The notes under the pieces: model-generated
Databases searched by the model: none
What the model was told of the DNA's origin: nothing
What the model saw: the letters and a program-made list of their open reading frames with translations, nothing else
Shown: positions 59,201 through 64,000 of the stretch, piece by piece
How positions within the stretch are numbered: position 1 is the stretch's first letter
How the letters are laid out: the number at the start of each line of letters is the position of its first letter
Source: Psammoneis japonica
Taxonomy: Eukaryota
NCBI GenBank assembly: GCA_008632985.1
Contig: QPGO01000101.1
Span: forward strand, 248,001 to 312,000
DNA: 64,000 nucleotides
Reading direction: 5' to 3'
Translations under genes and position numbers: made by a program

Positions 59201-60492
59201 ACAGCCCATCCAAAGTACCGTTGCCCTCGTGGTCCAGATTCGATCGGGTCCTCGTTGTTTACAATGGTTTGACCGATTTGTTCAAGGACCAATCTTGTGG
59301 GTGCAGGTGTAGCTGTAGGAGAAGCAGATTCTTCTGGAACAAACACAGCAGGTGGCGTCTCGTTATCAGACTTGAAGGCAAACACAACGGAAATAACCGC
59401 TCCACCAACGAAGAAAATCAACCCGATAAGGGCGATTCGACTTTTTTTCGTATTAAAGACAACCCACCGTTTTGCTTGAGTAGCTACAGCAATGGGGGCA
59501 CCGCCGTCACTTCGGTTTCGGGGTTCAGACGCCACGGGCTGGCCATGAACCGGCGTGGCGGTAGGCAGAACTTCTGGCCCGTGTGCTTGATTCTGCACGG
59601 GAGCGGGCACCTCTTCATCACGGTAGGGAATTGAATCAACACCTTCTTCTGTCGATGGCTCTTGTAGAATGACTTGGTCAAGTGCATCCACAGTATTTGC
59701 AGCATCGTTCCCTTTACTGGCCCTCCAACGGCTGCGAGCATCGGCTGCTTGATTCTCGCTTAAATAGGGCTCTTGGGGGCTAGAAGATTTGTTTGCTTTC
59801 CATCTGTTCCTCGCACTGTGCCAAGTATTTTCTCGGGAAAGGAAGGCTGCTGCGGCTGCAGCTTTACGCGAAAGCCAGTTTTTTCTTGCACCATTTTCGT
59901 TCGTTCTGTTCGCAACCAACTGCTCGGGGGAATGGTTGTGAACTTTTTCCTTGTCTTTGACGTCTCGGGAGTTTCTTGCGCTGTTCCCGTATATGGCACT
60001 ACTCGTTGGCACTTCTCGTCGAGTACCACTCTCACGTTGTCGCCCTTTATTGTCTTTGCTGGTTTTGGAATTTCTTGCGATATTTCCATAGATGGTGCTT
60101 GTTGGCGCTTCCCTTAAAGTGCCACTCTCGCGTTGACGTTCTTTACTGTCTTTGATGGTTTGAGGGTTTCTTGCAGTATTTCCATAGATGGTACTCGTTG
60201 GCACTTCTCTTAAATTACCAATCTCGCGTTGATGTTCTCTATTGTTTCCATAGATGGTGCTCGTGGGTCTCAAAGTACCACCCTCACGTTGTTTCTTCTC
60301 GTCTCCCTCGCGTTGTTTCTTCTCTTCTCCGGGCTTCACCTTCGTCTCCTCCTCCAAGGGAACGCGTGGAGGCAGAGTCATGGGAGTTAATTCTGGATAC
60401 TCATCATTGCGCACTCTGTCATCGCTTGTCAGTGATTGACGTGGCATTGGTGGTTGGGTAGGTTCATCTGCTTCGGCCTTGCCACGGACCAT
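53254..60492 (-). CDS. Large single-pass (type II-like) membrane protein with four FG-GAP/integrin-alpha-type beta-propellers
   Basis: Uninterrupted ORF, likely start MVRGKA at 60492. TM segment IALIGLIFFVGGAVISVVFAF, >20 FG.SVSLS.DG..VAVGAP repeats in four clusters, PT-rich linkers and a DSFGDGLCC module. Confidence 0.92.
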   Translation of the reverse strand: MVRGKAEADEPTQPPMPRQSLTSDDRVRNDEYPELTPMTLPPRVPLEEETKVKPGEEKKQREGDEKKQREGGTLRPTSTIYGNNREHQREIGNLREVPTSTIYGNTARNPQTIKDSKERQRESGTLREAPTSTIYGNIARNSKTSKDNKGRQRESGTRREVPTSSAIYGNSARNSRDVKDKEKVHNHSPEQLVANRTNENGARKNWLSRKAAAAAAFLSRENTWHSARNRWKANKSSSPQEPYLSENQAADARSRWRASKGNDAANTVDALDQVILQEPSTEEGVDSIPYRDEEVPAPVQNQAHGPEVLPTATPVHGQPVASEPRNRSDGGAPIAVATQAKRWVVFNTKKSRIALIGLIFFVGGAVISVVFAFKSDNETPPAVFVPEESASPTATPAPTRLVLEQIGQTIVNNEDPIESGPRGQRYFGWAVELSADGKRLVVAAPYHKKVQVYDFSAENGLWVQTGEIPVPSGFIDHIVLSDTGAVLAIGVPRRNSEEHEQAGMVQVYSEVSFGTWDPKGGPIFGKSKGDMIGGFRPPDGVYQRPGDFDDDFEYRDDESVPLSLDSYDSSSMALSEDGQILAVGSSRGNYVLVLIFDYTSSRWKDLGTTDFVGEARRDKFGTSVDLSADGHRIVIGAPDNLGKASIEWLVYTGHVRVYEYQEETDSWMKLGQDIEGDVGEGEDTLGKQGEQAGSGVSISADGTMIAVSSNYRGASEDIYTVGNNDGNVKVYRYAESRDEWIQIGNTVNIFQFGLELRDNDRGQYALISGLQSEKYPIVSRLSRDGKRLAVSVLAESLNGDLKGRGVVRLYELRGETWTTIGTPIEGTSDWDHSGRTISLSYNGSRVAIGAPRHNSKQPDDGQVRVFELEGTTTTPMPTPTTSAAPSVTSGPPVPLTLALDLDNHPEYLAWSLECGGVTIGNATEGSYGAMEFQRTNITQTFLIPEGSLCLLSVSSVQDLKSFRVYYGEGAPEDNPVIIDTSQMHLWEGLNSQPSFPFFVTAGTAAVFISIQLDGRRTETTISLFCDEVPFVEGYLLSKRPFALTNMAIMGITEGAKCVFTIEDSFGDGLCCGGYYKIHYGVSTGGNLLAAGGQFAARENVSFIVSPDEDPLTKPPTRPPTLSPGATISPTRSSWAQVGQVLAGKASFDRVGASISLSRDGSIMAVGTGQYNSIPGYVSVFRWKQDTQEWTAVGQELIGQAIGDAFGNSLSLNGNGTIVAVGAPGNDAGHVRVFQYIDGTDRWIQIGNDIHGKARFDRFGASVSLSDSGAILAVGAVHGEPDDGSNTGSVHLFRYNVGERVWNQLGQKLVGEATYDEFGASVFLSSSGAIVAIGAPDNDSGGLSNAGQVSVFQYDPPSSSWEPLGNSTNGQVKGGGFGSSVALDDSGMVMAVGGPGTFFGSRLPSQAGSHTGRVSVFVHDRATSEWTSRGQTLITQQSGDYFGLSVSLSSNGNVLAVGSPFRDANANTVNLLRETGQVTLYNYNTITRSWIQFGESLIGEAKSGAFGSSVSLSGDGTLIGVGAPHSDDNGANSGSVYVFQSPFIFDSGTAAPSKSPAPTTTQPTTFPTSTSAPSQLPFNKWSPLGQVLNGRASTDLFGVSIAVSRDGSIVAVGAEQSLGRRPGYVSVFRIDPDTEEWTIVGEDLVGRTSIDTFGVSVSLSGDGLTLAVGSDERNSGGRSAGFVQVYEFNKSIDNWVQLGNSIVGQTAGDRSGFAVSLSDSGAVLALGAFLESTDNGENSGSVRVFQHNRSTSSWTQLGQTLIGQAPDDQFGVSVSLSRSGTIVVIGAYGNDSGTNNAGQVSVYELNSSTLWEQLGGPINGQELDGWFGRSVSVDDSGLVVAVAAPGDFMDESLVGRVLVYAYDRTTKSWTKRGGTLMSQQRNDQFGSSVSLSGTGSVLAVGSRRYGDLGESNENVGQVAIFQYNMEKKQWLRAGNSIDGEERLDNFGSSVALSANGRVVGVGATGRDINGEDSGSVYMFTVNPVLPTPAPTRRLTAPPTITPAPTKIVPGEWKPLGQVFTGKASFDHAGDSISLSRDGSVMAVGAVQNPGPGYVSVSRFYRNTSSWMPMGQNLIGLSNGDGFGDSISLNDDGTILAVGARSNVHTGQNAGRVQVYEYDGVLDSWVQLGSDIDGQVSGDLFGFSISIAGAGDILAVGAVNDSTQNGLFSGSVRLFRLNRDTSSWQQLGQPLLGKVELDFFGTAVSLNRLGTVVGIGASGNDFGGTRTGQVLIYEYNSTASNWEPLGDPINGAIRWGEFGRSVSLSDDGVVIAAGAPGDPADKTRIGRVSVFKYDQASSTWTRRGQTIISQQRNDDFGALGTLSLSGTGTDVAIGSPLRHVNGENFFGQVEIFRYDADASEWFQVGEKLSGKTTPDTFGFAVSLVANGTVVGVGARWSNSNGNESSGYARVFSLD
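59975..60330 (-). repeat. Intragenic tandem repeats, about 4 x QRE.G(T)LRE.PTSTIYGN
   Basis: Visible in both DNA and translation of the cytoplasmic N-terminus. Confidence 0.85.
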
Positions 60493-60843
60493 TCTGTCAA
60501 TGTGAATACGATGTTGATATTCGTTTCCTTCCAACTGCGCTGAAATAACGATGAATTGCTCGACAATGAAAAATTCAAATGCCTGAACCCTCACAATTTA
60601 TGAATGTGAACGCAAGCTACAGCAGTAACAGGAAGAATTGAAACAGGGGAAGAAGGCATGACATGTACAGCACTTGTAAGGATAACGCCAAACGCCTTGT
60701 AACTTACCGGTGTGCGGTATGGCGGGTATCGTACCACACCCACACCGTCGGTTCAACTTGTATCCGCGATTCGGGGATCGTGGATAGCCCTAGTGGTCCA
60801 AGGACGGACACACAGCATTTTGTCGCCAATTGCGACATTCCCA

Positions 60844-63546
60844 TTCTACGTGGCCTGGTACAACCCAAATCTGTGTAGATTCAGTACATTTCGCCCTGTA
60901 GAACAGTTTTTGGGGTGTGTTTTCTGGCTCGCGACGCAAAATAACACGCAAAATAACACGGACAATGGCGTTTCGCCGATTTCAAAAATACGGTTGTTTC
61001 TGAGGTACTTTGTAGTGTACTCTCAACGGAATGTCACACGTCATAGCATGAGGCATGTGACAAGCTCGAGAGCACACAGGTTCACATGGGTGGATCATGG
61101 TGAAATTTTGAACTGAAGATTGGTGTTGACACCGCCGATTTTGTTGCATCAACACGCAACTCATGCATCACCATTCATGCTGTGCATTTCGTTGAGTGCT
61201 CGTGCGCTCATGTTCTTTCAACTTACACACATGTTGTCTTTCCTCATTGTTGTTTTGTTCTGCAGGGTCTCCCTTGCCATGGGCCATCCCTGAGAGAGAG
61301 ACGCTTGCTTTGAATGTCACTTCTGCCTTGCAACGGCCACGGCAGTCTGACGACAAGTCCAAGTCACAGATGCAGCATCCGGATGACTCCATGATAAACA
61401 CAGAAGCTTGGGTCTGTGGTGTCTGAAGATGTTCAAGCTCTTGGCAGCTCAGATTTGTCGTCGAGCAATTTTGGCGCGCATTTGACGTGCCTCCAGAAGG
61501 TGATGCGCAGTTTTGTTCGACAGAGAAATGAGCCATGGCGATTGTGATGGCTCACATTGAGTCTTGCAGATGCAAGGCAGTTTACAACATAGAAACATGT
61601 GACTTGTTTGCCTCATCTGCCAAGCCTGTGCAACACATTCAGATGTCAAAGTCAGGGCAAATTGTGCACAATGCCAAGTCTCCAAAAACAGCACAAGAGT
61701 GCAAGCCCAAAAGAAGAATTGGCTTTGTAACTTGTCATGGGAGTGTAGAGCTTGTTTTTCTGGGGCATCATGTCTCTGTTGTTTTCATGGAGTGGACATT
61801 CACTGGTGTTGTCGCCGCCAACATGCGAGCTCGCCTTGACAACATGTTGCACTGCATTCTGAGAGTTTGGAGTGAAAAAACAACTTGCACCTACATTGTT
61901 CTGTCATGACAGAAATGTGTGAGCTGTCCCTGGCCCTTTTGGAGAAATGGGGCAAGTGAAAGAGGAGCTGCAGAAAGATGCAGATGATGCCATTTTGATG
62001 GATTGTCGTCAGGTGGTGTGTCGAGAGGAGTCGTGATGGAGTGCCGCTTTGTGTTTTTGTGCTGCGTCTGTGCAGGAATGTNGCGTGCTTGGCTCTCGTG
62101 TAGTTTCCACACAAAAAGTGCACCAGGCAATCTCTGGACCGCCCTCTTAATTGCCGAAGGCATGTCTGCCACGGCACACAAACACAACATCATCTTAAGT
62201 GATGACTGCCAAAATCAACTTTTGGCGAAGACATGTGTGTCAAGAGGGCGGTCCAGAGATCGCCTGGTGCACTTTTTACACAGAAACTGCCAGAGAGCCA
62301 ATCACGCACATTCCCACACAGACGCAGTGCAAAACAGAAAGCATGGCACTCCATCACGCGACCTCACGACGACACCACCTGACGACAATGCATCAAAATG
62401 GCGTCGTCCGCATCTTTCTGCAGCTCCTCTTTCACTTGCCTGATTGCTCCAAAAGGGCCAGGGGAAGCCAACAAGCTTTCTCTTGCAATGGAGCAATGCA
62501 GACAAAAGTTGTTTTTTGTTCCAAAATCTCAGAACACAGTGCAACCGATTGTCAAGGTGAACTTGCACGTTGGCGGCAACAACACCAGTTGATGTTCACT
62601 CTAGAACAACAATGGAGACGTGACACCCCAACAAAATGAAGTCCACACCCCCATGACAAATTTCAAAGCCAGCTCTTCTTGTTGGCGTGCAATCTTTAGC
62701 TGCTTTTTAGACTTGACAAAATGATCATCTGCCCCGGCTGTCACCCTCCAAGTTTGTTGCATTGGCTGACAAATTGGGCAAGCAAGCCACATGTTTCTAG
62801 CTTGCAAACTGCCTTGCAGCCAAAAGAAGCAATCTAAACCTTCAGAACAGCCATGATGCACTGGTCTGCCGAATCAAACTCCACATCACCAAGTGGAGGC
62901 GGGGAGAGCCATTGTCAAAAATGCACTGTGACGGATCTGAGCTCTTGAGAGCTTGTCCAGCTTTTGACACCACATGGCCCCAAATCACCACATTTGTCAT
63001 GAAGTCAGCCTGATGCTGTGTCTGTGACTTTGCCTCGTTTTGGAATTGCTGCGGCCATCGCATTGCAGAATTGACATTCTTGATGAGGAAAAGTGTTTCT
63101 GGGATGCCTTGCGACGATGGAGACCCTGCAGAACAAAAGAACAATGTAGAAAGAGACAACACATGCAAGTCAAACGGGCATTGATGTGTGAAGCCTCAAC
63201 AAAACACACAGCACAAATGGCGACACATGAGGTCGGTCGTGATGCAACAGAAGTGATGCTGTCAACGCGAACCTTCAGCAAGAATTTTCACCATCAGCTG
63301 CCCATGTGAGCCTGTGTGCTCTCGAGCTTGTCACATGCCTCATGCCATGACGTAAGATGTTCCGTTGAGAGCACACTGCAAAGTGCCTCAGAAACAACCG
63401 CATTTTTGAAATCGGCGAAACGCCATTGTCTGTGTCATTTTGCGTGTCATTTTGCGTCGCAAGCCAGAAAACACTCCCAAAAACTGTTCTGCAGGGCAAA
63501 ATGTGCTGAATCTACACAGATTTGGGTTGCACCAGGCCACACAGAA
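60844..63546. mobile_element. Foldback-type non-autonomous element: imperfect ~2.7-kb palindrome with ~1.3-kb arms
   Basis: 60844-61100 is the reverse complement of 63290-63546. Further inverted matches: 61230-61400/62990-63170, 61800-62050/62350-62590 and 62100-62150/62240-62290. Centre near 62195. Confidence 0.85.
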
Positions 63547-63633
63547 AATGAACGGGCCGAGAACTGTGGTGCGCCCACTTGGTTAAGTGGGCGTGCCAGA
63601 GTTTTCGGCCCGTTCACTTTCTACGTGGCCTGG
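63532..63633. repeat. ~100-bp hairpin (49-bp arms, ggtt loop) overlapping the foldback terminus
   Basis: ccaggccacacagaaaatgaacgggccgagaactgtggtgcgcccactt-ggtt-aagtgggcgtgccagagttttcggcccgttcactttctacgtggcctgg. Confidence 0.85.
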
Positions 63634-64000
63634 CAAGGACTGAGGCGAGCGCGCGGCCACACGAAGTTGTCAGTCCCGCCCACTCGTGACTCAGTGCATT
63701 TCCACGGTGAAAATTGCGCAGGAATCTGACGATGACAAAAACGGTCAGATGACTTCCACTGACTGCAATGTGAGCCGCACCTGACGTACATTCTTTGTTT
63801 GTTCACAGTTGAGTTGACCATTTCAGGCGTTGCATGCAGTTGCTTTGACAAATTGGAAGTCATCCGAGACAAAACACAAATCGCACGGAGTGCCGTGGAT
63901 TTGCACGCAATGCAGTGCTTGGCGTCATTTTGGTGAAATTCATCAAAGTGACTGCATCCAACGCTCAAAGGTGTTAATTCATGCACAAAAGAAGATGCAA

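Noticed and set aside
59975..60330. CRISPR-like array
   Set aside because: The repeats are in-frame coding repeats of unequal period within a eukaryotic ORF; no cas genes are present.
1..64000. tRNA or rRNA genes
   Set aside because: None recognisable by eye; a covariance-model search would be needed to exclude them.

Overview
Eukaryotic DNA with short GT-AG introns; gene content (CoDi-like copia, CesT-domain and FG-GAP proteins, Plavaka-type transposases) suggests a diatom or other stramenopile, which is an inference. The window alternates between two kinds of sequence. Normal-composition gene islands hold a DUF445 gene (<1-1134), a ~1,900-aa ankyrin/CesT gene (29.4-42.5 kb) split by a complete copia LTR retrotransposon, a DOT1-like methyltransferase gene split by a Harbinger-type MITE, and a 2,400-aa FG-GAP membrane protein. 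Repeat blocks (~1.35-29.4, 32.3-40.2, 43-50.1 and 61-64 kb) have lost almost all TpA, are depleted in CpG and are flooded with TpG/CpA. Paired copies inside the window (two LTRs, a target-site duplication, foldback arms, gene versus relic copy) and conserved transposon motifs (Tyr to Cys/His, TAA to CAA) show the direction is TpA to TpG/CpA. This is a repeat-targeted hypermutation running opposite to fungal RIP. It leaks a few hundred bp into neighbouring genes, largely spares TTAA, and erases stop codons, which explains the hundreds of spurious Tyr-free, Cys/His-rich ORFs in the track. It is the main candidate for an undescribed genome-defence system. All counts and alignments were done by eye.
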